Assembly (NCBI GenBank): GCA_041749335.1
Contig: JBGTBM010000008.1
Location: 18,462-82,461 of the forward strand
From: Patescibacteria group bacterium
GTDB lineage: Bacteria > Patescibacteriota > JABMPQ01
DNA: 64,000 nt
Direction of reading: 5' to 3'
The stretch's first letter is position 1. Each line of letters starts with the position of its first letter. Shown here in pieces: positions 37,721 to 47,600 of this stretch. The notes beneath the pieces are model-generated. The model ran no database searches and was not told where the DNA came from. It saw only the letters and a list, made by a program, of their open reading frames with translations. A program made the translations under genes and the position numbers.

Positions 37721-40282
37721 TTAAAAATTCCCCACGGCTACATAAGCTCCGCCGCGAAAATTTTCGTCATACGCAAAGAAATTGTTATAAATTTGCGTCC
37801 CGTCTTTCTCAAAAATCCTAATTTGCGGGCCGCCGCCCATTCCCGGACCGGTAATTAATTCAGCCTTACCGTCAAAATCAATATCAAATGCTTCTATATT
37901 AGCTCCGGTTTCCACGCCTTCCGGATAAGCTCGAAACTCTCCTAAAATAGTTTGTTCTTCGTTGTATTGATATATTTTTGTCCAAGCTTCGCCATTGGCA
38001 AGTTGAGACACCGCTACATCATCCCTGCCATCGCCATCAAAATCTCCAGCCGCCACATCCACTCCAGTTCTAGACTCGGGATGAAAAGCAAAAAATGAAT
38101 AAGGAAGCAAACTTCCGTCGCCTTTAAACATTCTCACATGAGGACCGCCTCCCGTTCCTGCGCCAGCAATTATTTCATCTATGCCGTCGCCATTAAGATC
38201 GCCTGCTGCAACTGTTACTCCTCCGCGAAAACCCGGATCAAAAGCAAAAAAACCGGCAGTTAATTTAGGATTGCCATCTTTGTCAAAAACTCGTATATGC
38301 GGGCCGCCGCCTACTCCGGCACCGGCTATAATTTCGTCAATGCCGTCGCCATCCAAGTCTCCGACTGCAACATTAACCCCGCCCCGAAAAGATTCTTGAT
38401 AAGCGAAAAACCCCGGCGACTGCACACTGCCGTCTGCCTTGAAAATTCTAATATGAGGACCACTGCCATCTCCAGTTCCCGCGATGATCTCATCTTTGCC
38501 ATTACCATCAACATCGCCAGCCGCTACTTTTACTCCATTGCGTACATATTCTTGATAAGCGAAAAAACCGGGATGCTGAAGATCTCCCAGGGGATTAAAC
38601 TGCCTGATCTGCGGACCTCCGGAAAACCCGGCGCCGGTAACTATCCTAGTATTACCAATTAAAAAATTTAAAATAGCGGGACTATTCTCCCAATTACCTA
38701 CGCTATTTTTTGCTCTGGTTTCAATTTTATGGATTCCTTTTGATAAAACAGCTGTAGTAAATTTGAAATCCTCCCGCGACTGATTAAACTTCCCATCAAC
38801 CGCCTCGGCTCCCTGCCAAGACCCACCGTCCACACGATATTGAACGGTGCTGATTTCATCAATAGTCATATCATAAGATAGGCCGCTTCTACTAGTGCTA
38901 TAATAAGGATTGAGATTCTCCAGTTGATACACTTCCGCCGAACCATAAATAGTGGGAGTCGTATCGCTGGAACTGCCGCTTGATCTAATTATAGTATTAG
39001 GATAAGTATCGAGTAAATCAGGAATATTATCCTGATCGCTATCACGCCATCCGATTTGCCCCTTGGCGTAATAATCAATCTGTCTATTAACGAAGGGTGC
39101 GACTCCACCTCTCATTAAGCTTGGATGATTGCTAGCGCAAGATCCGCCGCTGGGATTATATTCGCTATTCTGATTTTGAATATTTAAATACCCCACGGAA
39201 CGATCACAGGGCTGATAGGCAGAATAATATTGATCTAAAGCAAAAAAAGTATGACCTATTTCATGCGCAAAAACAGAATCCATATTACCGATTCCGTAGC
39301 CATTATTATCATATGTCATAACCATAAAGGGTCCGCCATAATATGAATAGGCAAATTTACCGTCCTTAAAGCGGCCATCCCCGTCATTCTTGCTATCAAC
39401 TATAAAAACCGCAAATGCCCAATCCGAATTATCCTTTTTAATTAAATCGTTCAAATACGCTCTCACCTGATCAAAATAGTCGCCATTTGAATATCCCATT
39501 TTATTCATAATTTCATTAATCCACAAATCTTGCCCTCCGCTTTTAGTCCAGGAATCTCTGATAATGGGCTCATATTTAGTTTTCGCACGGCTATCTGTGC
39601 GACCATTAATAAAATGATAAGTAAAAGACAAATCGGCTAAATTTCCTCCCATGTCCTGCCACCACTTAGCGCCCATTTTTATTTCCCCGTAAACTTGTTC
39701 TTCCCGACCGCTTTCCCAATTTTCTATCGACTTGTCTAAGCTGCCATCACTTTCCACCAAAAATGCGGCGATAGATATTTTCCCCAACATAAATTCTGAA
39801 GTATCATAAAACCCTCCGCCGTCTGCCTCTCCGGGAGCATCTTCCGGCCCCCCTATTTCTCCAAAATTTTGAAATAATAAATCTCCGCCGATGGGGCCAG
39901 GTTCATTGCTGGGAATTTGATTAACGTCGGTTAAAGCATAATTCCATATTTTAGCGGAATTTTCAGCCGCCTGGCCGTATGGTCTTACCTGATTGATATC
40001 AATAACACTCTTGGAATAAAAATTAATCTTAACTTTATTTTTCAATAAATTAAATTTTTCGTCACTGATGCCAATCTCAATAATTTCATGAGTATAGCTT
40101 GACTTTAATTTTCCATTTAAACTTGGCAGCTCTTCAATAATCTGATCTTTTTGGTCGGTAATAACAAAATAATCAACATTAAAATTTTGGTCTTCTTGTG
40201 ATTTTACATTTTGCGCATCAAAATAAAATACCCCAAGAGAAAAAAATAAAATAAAAAGGGAAATTGGTATAAGTTTTTTCAT
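37721..40282 (-). CDS. secreted zinc metalloprotease-like protein with C-terminal FG-GAP/VCBS beta-propeller repeats
   Basis: Signal peptide; HExxH in VFAHEIGHTFFALDQYY. Seven or more repeats of the type AAGDVDGNGKDEIIAGTGDGSGPHIRIFKADGS...GFFAY (FG-GAP). Confidence 0.7.
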   Translation of the reverse strand: MKKLIPISLFILFFSLGVFYFDAQNVKSQEDQNFNVDYFVITDQKDQIIEELPSLNGKLKSSYTHEIIEIGISDEKFNLLKNKVKINFYSKSVIDINQVRPYGQAAENSAKIWNYALTDVNQIPSNEPGPIGGDLLFQNFGEIGGPEDAPGEADGGGFYDTSEFMLGKISIAAFLVESDGSLDKSIENWESGREEQVYGEIKMGAKWWQDMGGNLADLSFTYHFINGRTDSRAKTKYEPIIRDSWTKSGGQDLWINEIMNKMGYSNGDYFDQVRAYLNDLIKKDNSDWAFAVFIVDSKNDGDGRFKDGKFAYSYYGGPFMVMTYDNNGYGIGNMDSVFAHEIGHTFFALDQYYSAYQPCDRSVGYLNIQNQNSEYNPSGGSCASNHPSLMRGGVAPFVNRQIDYYAKGQIGWRDSDQDNIPDLLDTYPNTIIRSSGSSSDTTPTIYGSAEVYQLENLNPYYSTSRSGLSYDMTIDEISTVQYRVDGGSWQGAEAVDGKFNQSREDFKFTTAVLSKGIHKIETRAKNSVGNWENSPAILNFLIGNTRIVTGAGFSGGPQIRQFNPLGDLQHPGFFAYQEYVRNGVKVAAGDVDGNGKDEIIAGTGDGSGPHIRIFKADGSVQSPGFFAYQESFRGGVNVAVGDLDGDGIDEIIAGAGVGGGPHIRVFDKDGNPKLTAGFFAFDPGFRGGVTVAAGDLNGDGIDEIIAGAGTGGGPHVRMFKGDGSLLPYSFFAFHPESRTGVDVAAGDFDGDGRDDVAVSQLANGEAWTKIYQYNEEQTILGEFRAYPEGVETGANIEAFDIDFDGKAELITGPGMGGGPQIRIFEKDGTQIYNNFFAYDENFRGGAYVAVGNF

Positions 40283-40300
40283 TTTTTATATTTTAGCATT

Positions 40301-41809
40301 TTAGTGCAAACAATCTTTATATTCTGCCCGATACTGCCATTGTTCAAAGGGAATTTCAAAATGGATTGCGCCATTGCATATGTATGCCCGAGATATCACC
40401 TCTACCGGATAACCGCCATAGACATAGGCCTTCACCAATGTTCCCCAATTTTCAGAATTTATTTTTAATGTTTGATAATTATAATTTTCCTGCAGGCTGG
40501 TCTTTAATTCATTTGCTTTTTGAGCTTCTTCGGTTATCAAAATTCTGGGTTTATTATAGGCGAAAACAATTACTCCCCCGGTCCAGTCTTTATCGATAAA
40601 TTCTATATATTCCGGCCGATCTTTCCAAAGATATTGGGGAATTTCCGTATGAACGGTTTTACCTCCGTAGCGAATCGCCTGGGCAATCGCTTTTACGGAA
40701 TATCCTCCGTAAATATACGCACTTACAAATTTTGGCCAATGTTTGGCGCCGGCAGGAATTAATCCTTTGCCAAAGTAATATTCCAGGCGCCTCTTTAGTT
40801 CCAATGCTTTTTCGGATTCCATTTCCAGACTTAACCTTTCTTGATTATAAGGCCCAATCGGCACTTTTTTATACCAATTCCATGCCTCGCGCGAACTCAT
40901 ATCCTTATGTAATAATCCAAAATTATTTTCATAATCATTTATATAATCGTAATTTCTAATGTTATATATAAATATTCTTTCGACAAAACCGCTATCCATT
41001 ACGATACGCGTTGCTTCATCTAGATATTTTTTTTGAAATTCTTCATTGATATCTCGCTCGCCGGTAGAACATCCCATTTCCGTAACCCAAGCCTTTCCGC
41101 CATTATTGTTATTAATCACAGATTTTAAATTAGTGAGATCATTAATCAGTTTATCGTAATTTCCCTGATCTCGACGATAACCGCAATAATATATATGAAA
41201 AGATAGCGCATCAAATTTTTTAGTTCTTTTAAATAACTCTTGCGCAAAATAAACATTTGGAGAGGCCAGCCCGGCCGCCAAAACTTTATCGTTGGGATTT
41301 AGCTTTTTAATCCGATCATACGCAATTTCTAAAATCGGCAAATAATTATCCACCGTATTGGGCTTTAAATAAGTAAAAGAATCGGGCTCATTCCAGACCT
41401 CCCAAACATCAACATATTTGCCATAACGCCTCACCATATAGTCAACAAACCCTTCCCATTTTTTGGGATCGGGACTGGCAAAATTTCCATGTTCTGATCC
41501 ATAAGCCAGCATTCCTACCACCTTGATCCCGTTATTCTTATATTTTTTTAAAATATCCTCATAGCGATAAACCCAGGCTTGATTATCTCCATAAAACACT
41601 TCGGTATAAAAATGCTCTCTGGCCCACTTGGTTTTACTTTCATCTAAGCGCTTATTATAAAGATTATCCTGACCAAATCCTCCCAAAGTCCAATGCACAT
41701 TGAGGCCAATATTATCTTTGGTGGGCGCGGAAAAAGCTAAAACCGATGCCTGTATGGGCATTAATAGCATAAATCCCGCTAATATTAAAAATAAATATTT
41801 TTTATACAT
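40301..41809 (-). CDS. secreted clan GH-A glycoside hydrolase with two C-terminal repeats of about 50 aa
   Basis: Signal peptide; VWEVWNEPD (catalytic acid/base NEP motif) and WVTEMG (nucleophile-region candidate). Duplicated block W.KFVSAYIYGGYSVKAIAQAIRYGG / LVKAYVYGGYPVEVISRAYICNG. Confidence 0.65.
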   Translation of the reverse strand: MYKKYLFLILAGFMLLMPIQASVLAFSAPTKDNIGLNVHWTLGGFGQDNLYNKRLDESKTKWAREHFYTEVFYGDNQAWVYRYEDILKKYKNNGIKVVGMLAYGSEHGNFASPDPKKWEGFVDYMVRRYGKYVDVWEVWNEPDSFTYLKPNTVDNYLPILEIAYDRIKKLNPNDKVLAAGLASPNVYFAQELFKRTKKFDALSFHIYYCGYRRDQGNYDKLINDLTNLKSVINNNNGGKAWVTEMGCSTGERDINEEFQKKYLDEATRIVMDSGFVERIFIYNIRNYDYINDYENNFGLLHKDMSSREAWNWYKKVPIGPYNQERLSLEMESEKALELKRRLEYYFGKGLIPAGAKHWPKFVSAYIYGGYSVKAIAQAIRYGGKTVHTEIPQYLWKDRPEYIEFIDKDWTGGVIVFAYNKPRILITEEAQKANELKTSLQENYNYQTLKINSENWGTLVKAYVYGGYPVEVISRAYICNGAIHFEIPFEQWQYRAEYKDCLH

Positions 41810-42092
41810 ATTCCTTTTCCACTAACATTATACAGGCATTTATCAAAAATTAAATATTATCGCAAAAATTAATGTTCCGTCGGAAATTCCCTCAAAATAT
41901 TGCCCTAATTTCATCTCTCAATTAAACTTATGCGTGCCATGGTTCCATTAAACTTATCCGATACTGCGCAATAAATAGGAGATTTGAATCCACAGAATAT
42001 CAATTAAAAATAAATAGGCTAAATAATAGCCTAAATAAAGAAATAATATTGGAAATTTTGTAAATATCCGAAATAAATAATATATTTTTTTC

Positions 42093-42557
42093 TTATGGTT
42101 TGAGCGTAAAGCCAATGATATCTTTTGCTAAAACATAGCTTCCTCTAAGCACAGACGCCTGAATTTCATATTTACCCTCAAAAAAGCCGGAGCAAGATGA
42201 ACATTGGGGCAGCTGCTTTTCAATTTTAATTGTCTCTTCGGCATCTTTACTAAGTTTTATTATTTTTTTTTCGTTAAAATAATTTACCCCAAAATCATTT
42301 TTCATTCCTTCAATCAACACCATTAATTTTCCAGAATCCGAATTACTGCTTATCTTAATTTCCAGCTGCGCCATATCATTCGAAAAATATACCTCTTGAT
42401 CCAGATGTGAAAAAATATCTACCTTTTCCTGGATATTTTCCGGGTAGGCTAAAGAAGGCTTATCGTCCCCATTTCGACTTAATACTATCTGCCAAACCGC
42501 AACAATTAACACAACCCCCAAAAGCACCCCAATAATATATTTACCGTATTTGCTCAT
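42093..42557 (-). CDS. hypothetical membrane-anchored protein
   Basis: N-terminal TM helix, 154 aa; no recognised motif. Confidence 0.4.
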   Translation of the reverse strand: MSKYGKYIIGVLLGVVLIVAVWQIVLSRNGDDKPSLAYPENIQEKVDIFSHLDQEVYFSNDMAQLEIKISSNSDSGKLMVLIEGMKNDFGVNYFNEKKIIKLSKDAEETIKIEKQLPQCSSCSGFFEGKYEIQASVLRGSYVLAKDIIGFTLKP

Positions 42558-42562
42558 ATTAA

Positions 42563-43621
42563 TTAATATTTTCTTTTTTCCAGAAAGTTAGCTAAACCAA
42601 TAAAAACTTTTTTATCATAGACATTTAATATTTTTGACAGCCTAACAACTCTTTTGGCCTTTCCAATATATTTATCAATTTCGCTGTCAACTCGCTGCAG
42701 GGCGCCTGAACGTTTTATTATGTTTTTGAACTCAACAATCTGCTCTCTGGTCACTTTTTTATTTCCTAAAAGTTTTAGAAGATAATCACGTGATATTTTT
42801 CCTGACTTCAGCGCGTAATATATCAATAGTGTAATTTTTCCCTCTTTAATATCAGAATCGGTTGGCTTACCAATCTCTCGCCTCTTGCCGAACATTCCCA
42901 ATACATCGTCTTTTAATTGGAAAGCCAATCCTAATGGCACCGATAAATTTTTATAAAATTCCTGCTGGCTATTTCGAGCTCCCGCTAAGGTAGCGCCCAA
43001 TATTAGCGGCTTTTGCGCGGTATAATCGGATGTTTTCCTCATCATAACACTAACAATGCGATCTTTATCTGAAATATTTTTAACTTCACTCAAAAAAATA
43101 TCTTCCGCTTGTCCGATCATTATTTCGTTCTTCATTTCCTGATATAGCTTAAATACTCGGCGGTTATTTAAATTAAAAACCAATTCATTGGACCAGGTGC
43201 TGAGAATATCACCCGCCAAAACCGCTAAGCCTAAACCGAAATCACTGCTGCTACCTCGCCAATTTTTACTCTGGTGCCATTCCTGCAACATAATGTGAAA
43301 AGTGGGTTTATTTCTTCTTAAATTGGAAAAATCAATTATATCATCATGAATCAAAGCAAAACTATGAAATATTTCCAGTGCCATCCCCAAGCGCATGATT
43401 TTTTCATTATTATTGCCTCCGCTAACTTTGTATCCCATATACGCTAGAAACGGACGAATTCTTTTACCGCCCGCCAATATATATTCAGACAAATATTGGA
43501 CTAAATCCGTATATTCCGGACTGATAACCGCCGCTTCCTTCTTTTTGACCTCAAAATAAGCCTCTAATCTCTTATCAAAGGTTCCTTTGAAATTGACTAT
43601 TTTATTAATAAAATCCTTCAT
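42563..43621 (-). CDS. polyprenyl diphosphate synthase (trans-isoprenyl diphosphate synthase family)
   Basis: First Asp-rich motif LIHDDIID and second DDVLG; 352 aa. Confidence 0.8.
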   Translation of the reverse strand: MKDFINKIVNFKGTFDKRLEAYFEVKKKEAAVISPEYTDLVQYLSEYILAGGKRIRPFLAYMGYKVSGGNNNEKIMRLGMALEIFHSFALIHDDIIDFSNLRRNKPTFHIMLQEWHQSKNWRGSSSDFGLGLAVLAGDILSTWSNELVFNLNNRRVFKLYQEMKNEIMIGQAEDIFLSEVKNISDKDRIVSVMMRKTSDYTAQKPLILGATLAGARNSQQEFYKNLSVPLGLAFQLKDDVLGMFGKRREIGKPTDSDIKEGKITLLIYYALKSGKISRDYLLKLLGNKKVTREQIVEFKNIIKRSGALQRVDSEIDKYIGKAKRVVRLSKILNVYDKKVFIGLANFLEKRKY

Positions 43622-43695
43622 ACGAGTTAATTATATTAATTTTATACTAAGGTACCGCTCTTGATTATTATATGTATAATTAGAAATATTTCAAT

Positions 43696-44226
43696 TTATT
43701 TTGCATAAAGATAAATATTTTCTTTTTTTAAACTATATTCCCAATTATTAAATTCGTAACCGTAAGATATTACTTTGGCGCCCGCCTTGATTTCTTTTTT
43801 CAATTTTTTTTCCAGACGATCCATCTGATACGGAATTAAAAATAAAAATATAATAGTAAATTCGCTCAAATTTTCTTTAAAATAATCTCGCTTTGTAATT
43901 TCTATACGATTTTCTAAACCGAATTTTTTAATTTTCCGTTTTGATTTTAAATATAAAAATGGATTGATTTCAAAACCAGCAAATTTATTACCGGCATGTT
44001 TTTCGGCTGCTTCGATTAAAATTCTTCCATCCCCCGAGCCCAAGTCAACGATTTTATCAGAACTTTTTATCTTGGCAATTTTGATCATTGCCCTAACTTT
44101 AGCCATTTTCGTTCCGGCATATGGCGCACCCTTGATAGAAGCTAGGATTTTAAAATAACAAAAATATATTAAAAATAAAGCCAAAAAGAATAAACAAATT
44201 GCAATAACTAACAATAAATAAATCAT
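43696..44226 (-). CDS. small class I SAM-dependent methyltransferase with N-terminal TM helix
   Basis: KIVDLGSGDGRILIEAAEK (motif I) in a 176-aa protein. Confidence 0.6.
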   Translation of the reverse strand: MIYLLLVIAICLFFLALFLIYFCYFKILASIKGAPYAGTKMAKVRAMIKIAKIKSSDKIVDLGSGDGRILIEAAEKHAGNKFAGFEINPFLYLKSKRKIKKFGLENRIEITKRDYFKENLSEFTIIFLFLIPYQMDRLEKKLKKEIKAGAKVISYGYEFNNWEYSLKKENIYLYAK

Positions 44227-44283
44227 TTATTAACGGTTCAATAAACCAAATATTTATAAAATTTCAACATGGAGCTTAAATAT

Positions 44284-45549
44284 TTATCCAAACATTAACC
44301 AACCCGGTTTAAATATCAGTAAAATTCCTAAAATTAAAATAATAATGCCGCCGATTAGACTAGAATACCTTGAATACTTGCGGCTGATACCTACCGCCCG
44401 CAAAGTAATCATGGCAATAAAAAATATAATTAAGTCATCCAGCATAAAGATCAAAATATAGAACGCAATATACATATAGTATTGCCAGCTTGGAATATCA
44501 GATAAAGATAACACACTAGTATAAATGGCCGGCAGCCCGGCAGAACAAACCAATTCAACCAAATTGACAGCAAAAGCGATTAAAATAATCCCGCCCAAGG
44601 CAACTATAAACCTTTGATTGGAAGAAATCGCTTTAAGCCGATCAAATATTTTTTTTCTGCCCTCACTGCCCATGATGGTTTTACATCCTTTGCGATTAAG
44701 CCAATATTCACGCAAATGATAAATTCCGCTTCCGGCCGCTATTAATCCCACGATATAGCGCACCCAAACAATAAATCCGATAAATAAGAACAAGTTCAGC
44801 CAAGCAGACATAAAAAGAAAATAAGATATGCCGGAAGTTAATATAAATGTAATGCCTAAAATCCACATTCTTTTCTTGTTTTTCATCCCGAGGAGCAGGC
44901 TTATTAGAAATAATAACACCCACATTGCACAGGGATTAAATCCATCCAGCCCGCCGATAATAATGGTTAAAATAGGCAAAGAAAAATTTTCAGTTTTAAT
45001 TTCCCCGAAAAAGGGCAGCTTAATATTTTCCGGAAGTTCTTTTTCAATTAAGTTATTGTCTTTATCAATATCAAGTTTGGTAGTAGGAGCATCGCTTTCC
45101 TCAATAGTTAAATTGCCATTTTCTTGTTCTCTTTTAATAATATCTCCAGCCGGATCCGGACAATTTTCTTCTTCGCATAAATTTATTAAATCAATAATTT
45201 TTGCGCCGGTAGTAGCATCATCCATATAGCCATAAACGACTTTGTTATTAACAATGGTTACCGGCACGCCGGTAATATCAATATTCAATTCTTTTCCCAG
45301 CGCTGTTAATAATTTGGAATTTTCTCGATTGCGATTGACTTCAAATCGCTGAACTGCAACTTGCGGATTTTCCGCTTCGTAACGATCAAAAAATTCATTT
45401 TCTTTTTCACAATGAGGACAGCCCTCTGCCCAAAAAAAATAAATATTTACTTCACCTGCAGAAGCAGCACCGCTAGAATTAATTATAAAAAAAACTGATA
45501 ATAAAAATATTAAGACTAAAAAAAACGCTTTAATAGAATTTTTTATCAT
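44284..45549 (-). CDS. thioredoxin-like domain fused to a CcdA/DsbD-type transmembrane disulfide-transfer domain
   Basis: Signal/TM, then WAEGCPHCEKE (CxxC); a membrane domain with GGLDGFNPCAMWVL and LVELVCSAGLPAIY, the two conserved Cys-bearing helices of CcdA. Confidence 0.65.
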   Translation of the reverse strand: MIKNSIKAFFLVLIFLLSVFFIINSSGAASAGEVNIYFFWAEGCPHCEKENEFFDRYEAENPQVAVQRFEVNRNRENSKLLTALGKELNIDITGVPVTIVNNKVVYGYMDDATTGAKIIDLINLCEEENCPDPAGDIIKREQENGNLTIEESDAPTTKLDIDKDNNLIEKELPENIKLPFFGEIKTENFSLPILTIIIGGLDGFNPCAMWVLLFLISLLLGMKNKKRMWILGITFILTSGISYFLFMSAWLNLFLFIGFIVWVRYIVGLIAAGSGIYHLREYWLNRKGCKTIMGSEGRKKIFDRLKAISSNQRFIVALGGIILIAFAVNLVELVCSAGLPAIYTSVLSLSDIPSWQYYMYIAFYILIFMLDDLIIFFIAMITLRAVGISRKYSRYSSLIGGIIILILGILLIFKPGWLMFG

Positions 45550-45553
45550 AAAA

Positions 45554-45826
45554 TCACTTGTCCTTATTATTAATGATTATTTCAGTTAACTCCTTACGAT
45601 CAATTTCTCCTTCCAGCCTCATAAATTCCTCTCCATTTACATCTAAAAATACAAATACCGGCGGATTCTTGACTTGATACTTATCCACAATTTGTAGATT
45701 TTTTTCTTCATCAATCTCGTAATATTCTGTTTGCAGCCAGGGCAGCTCTTGTTCAATTTTTTCAAAGCGCGGCTTCATAATTAAACATTCCGGGCACCAC
45801 ACTGCTCCAAATTTTAATATTTTCAT
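45554..45826 (-). CDS. thioredoxin-family protein
   Basis: FGAVWCPECLIMKP (WCxxC); 90 aa. Confidence 0.65.
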   Translation of the reverse strand: MKILKFGAVWCPECLIMKPRFEKIEQELPWLQTEYYEIDEEKNLQIVDKYQVKNPPVFVFLDVNGEEFMRLEGEIDRKELTEIIINNKDK

Positions 45827-45839
45827 CTTACAATCTAAA

Positions 45840-46787
45840 TTATTTCCAATTGATTTTTAAATCCGATACGCCTAAATCTAAATCTATACTCAAAAATTTT
45901 TCCATATTTTGATAATCCCAGGATCGATAAGTATTATCTTGCACCTCTTCAAAATTATCAATTTGTTTTGAAGTAACGCCAGCATCAATATTTAAATCAA
46001 CGCCAACAGTCCGAGGAACAGAGATATCGACTGAACTGGCTCCGGCATCAATATTTAGCTTAGCATGCTTGATTTTATCTCCCATGGTTAGATCCAAATC
46101 AGATGCGCCGGTATTAATATCCACAATTTCTGCAAAAACATTCGACAGATCAAAGTCCATATTTGCAGCTCCGCTATCAATATATAATGCCATGGGAATA
46201 TTATTATTCAAGCTTAAATTAAGATCATTTTGATGCCTGCCCGTATATAGAATCTTACGTGAATCAAAATTTAATTTTACCCTTTGTACATCTTCAGACA
46301 AATTAGATTCTGGCTGCAAAGCTAAAATATTTGATTTTAAAGATCCGACCGCAAACTCGTCTGAACCGCCTTTAATTTTAATATTACCTGCGCCAAAATC
46401 CAGATCCAACTGACCTTTTTTCGCATCTGCTTCCAAAGAAATATCAATCGGAGATTCCTCCACGTCCCAATTGGCGTTATATTGCCCCCAGATAATAAAT
46501 GCTCCGATCAAACCAATGAGAGCTACAACCGTCACAATGCCCAAAAAAATCGTTATCCAGCTTCTAAGCTTTAAAAATGACAGCCCCGCAATAATAATTA
46601 ATACCGGCCACAATTGCCATAATGATATTTGTAAATCTTGCGGAACAAGATCCAAATTTCTAGCCAAATAGTATAAACCGATAAAAATCACAGAAACGCC
46701 AAAAAACACAGTGCCTAAATTTATTGGATTAATTTCATATCGCATTGTCCGATCTTCATTTTTTAATTTTATTTTTGCTTCTGGCAT
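45840..46787 (-). CDS. membrane protein with toastrack (DUF4097-like) extracytoplasmic domain
   Basis: Three N-terminal TM helices, then repeated beta-strand-like D/N/S-rich blocks (LDLTMGD, NIDAGASSVDISVP). Confidence 0.5.
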   Translation of the reverse strand: MPEAKIKLKNEDRTMRYEINPINLGTVFFGVSVIFIGLYYLARNLDLVPQDLQISLWQLWPVLIIIAGLSFLKLRSWITIFLGIVTVVALIGLIGAFIIWGQYNANWDVEESPIDISLEADAKKGQLDLDFGAGNIKIKGGSDEFAVGSLKSNILALQPESNLSEDVQRVKLNFDSRKILYTGRHQNDLNLSLNNNIPMALYIDSGAANMDFDLSNVFAEIVDINTGASDLDLTMGDKIKHAKLNIDAGASSVDISVPRTVGVDLNIDAGVTSKQIDNFEEVQDNTYRSWDYQNMEKFLSIDLDLGVSDLKINWK

Positions 46788-46791
46788 ATTT

Positions 46792-47499
46792 TTAGTTAAT
46801 TATTTCTACCGAACCAAAGATGGCAGCGCCGGTAATTTTTAAAACTTTATTTTTCACCTTGGATTCTGATTTGAATTTATTTTCCCAGCTACCCATGATT
46901 GGAGTTCCGCTGCTTTCTATCCTGATATTTTTTGGCACATATATTTTTATACTGCCAAAAACACTAGCAACATCCATTATGGCGCCATTGGTAGACAATT
47001 GAATATCCCTCAAATCAATTTTCATCCCCCCAAAAATGCTAGTAGCCTTCCCTCCTTTAAAATTTTTTGAATCGATGCGCTTATTCTTTCCGGAAAATAT
47101 TACAATTTCATCTATGCCGCCGACCGCTTCCACTTGAATATTATCCGCTTTGCTTTTTTCAATTTTATTCTTACTTGTTTCGTCTTCCTGGTTACGAAAA
47201 AGAATGATAAATCCGATCACAATAATAATTAGCGGCCAAAAAACGCCCCAAAAGCTCCAATCGAAAACGGTAGAAATCACCAATCCAATCCCCAAAAAAG
47301 ATAAAATAATTCCCCAAATAAAACTGCGGCGATAAAGCAATAGTATTCCTAAAGCTAAAATTAAAAGCGGCCACAAAATTCCAAAAAACCAATCAGCGGT
47401 TAAGCCCAGAGGAGCCAAAAAGCCCAATTGATCAATCAAAAAAATAAACCCGACGGCGATAAATATTGCCGCAATCCACGCTCTGCTATTATTTTTCAT
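46792..47499 (-). CDS. LiaF-like membrane protein (DUF2154/toastrack C-terminal domain)
   Basis: Four TM helices, then GGMKIDLRDIQLS...GSIKIYVPKNIRIESSGTPIMGS, typical of LiaF C-domains. Confidence 0.5.
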   Translation of the reverse strand: MKNNSRAWIAAIFIAVGFIFLIDQLGFLAPLGLTADWFFGILWPLLILALGILLLYRRSFIWGIILSFLGIGLVISTVFDWSFWGVFWPLIIIVIGFIILFRNQEDETSKNKIEKSKADNIQVEAVGGIDEIVIFSGKNKRIDSKNFKGGKATSIFGGMKIDLRDIQLSTNGAIMDVASVFGSIKIYVPKNIRIESSGTPIMGSWENKFKSESKVKNKVLKITGAAIFGSVEIIN

Positions 47500-47600
47500 T
47501 TGTTTTTTGTTATTTATATTTTTTTTATTATAGCAAAATTTAAAAAAATAAAAAAGCGAGACATTTTTATCCCCGCTTTTTTATATTACAACTGTCCAGC

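Noticed and set aside
38181-38662. Plus-strand ORFs (72-121 aa) inside the FG-GAP protein gene
   Set aside because: They are antisense to a GC-rich repetitive coding region. No SD is present, they are Pro/Ala/Ser-rich, and the minus-strand gene has clear domain structure.
41975-42000. tRNA-like T-loop sequence gatttgaatcc
   Set aside because: No flanking acceptor or anticodon-stem complementarity could be found; no tRNA or rRNA gene is supportable anywhere in the window.
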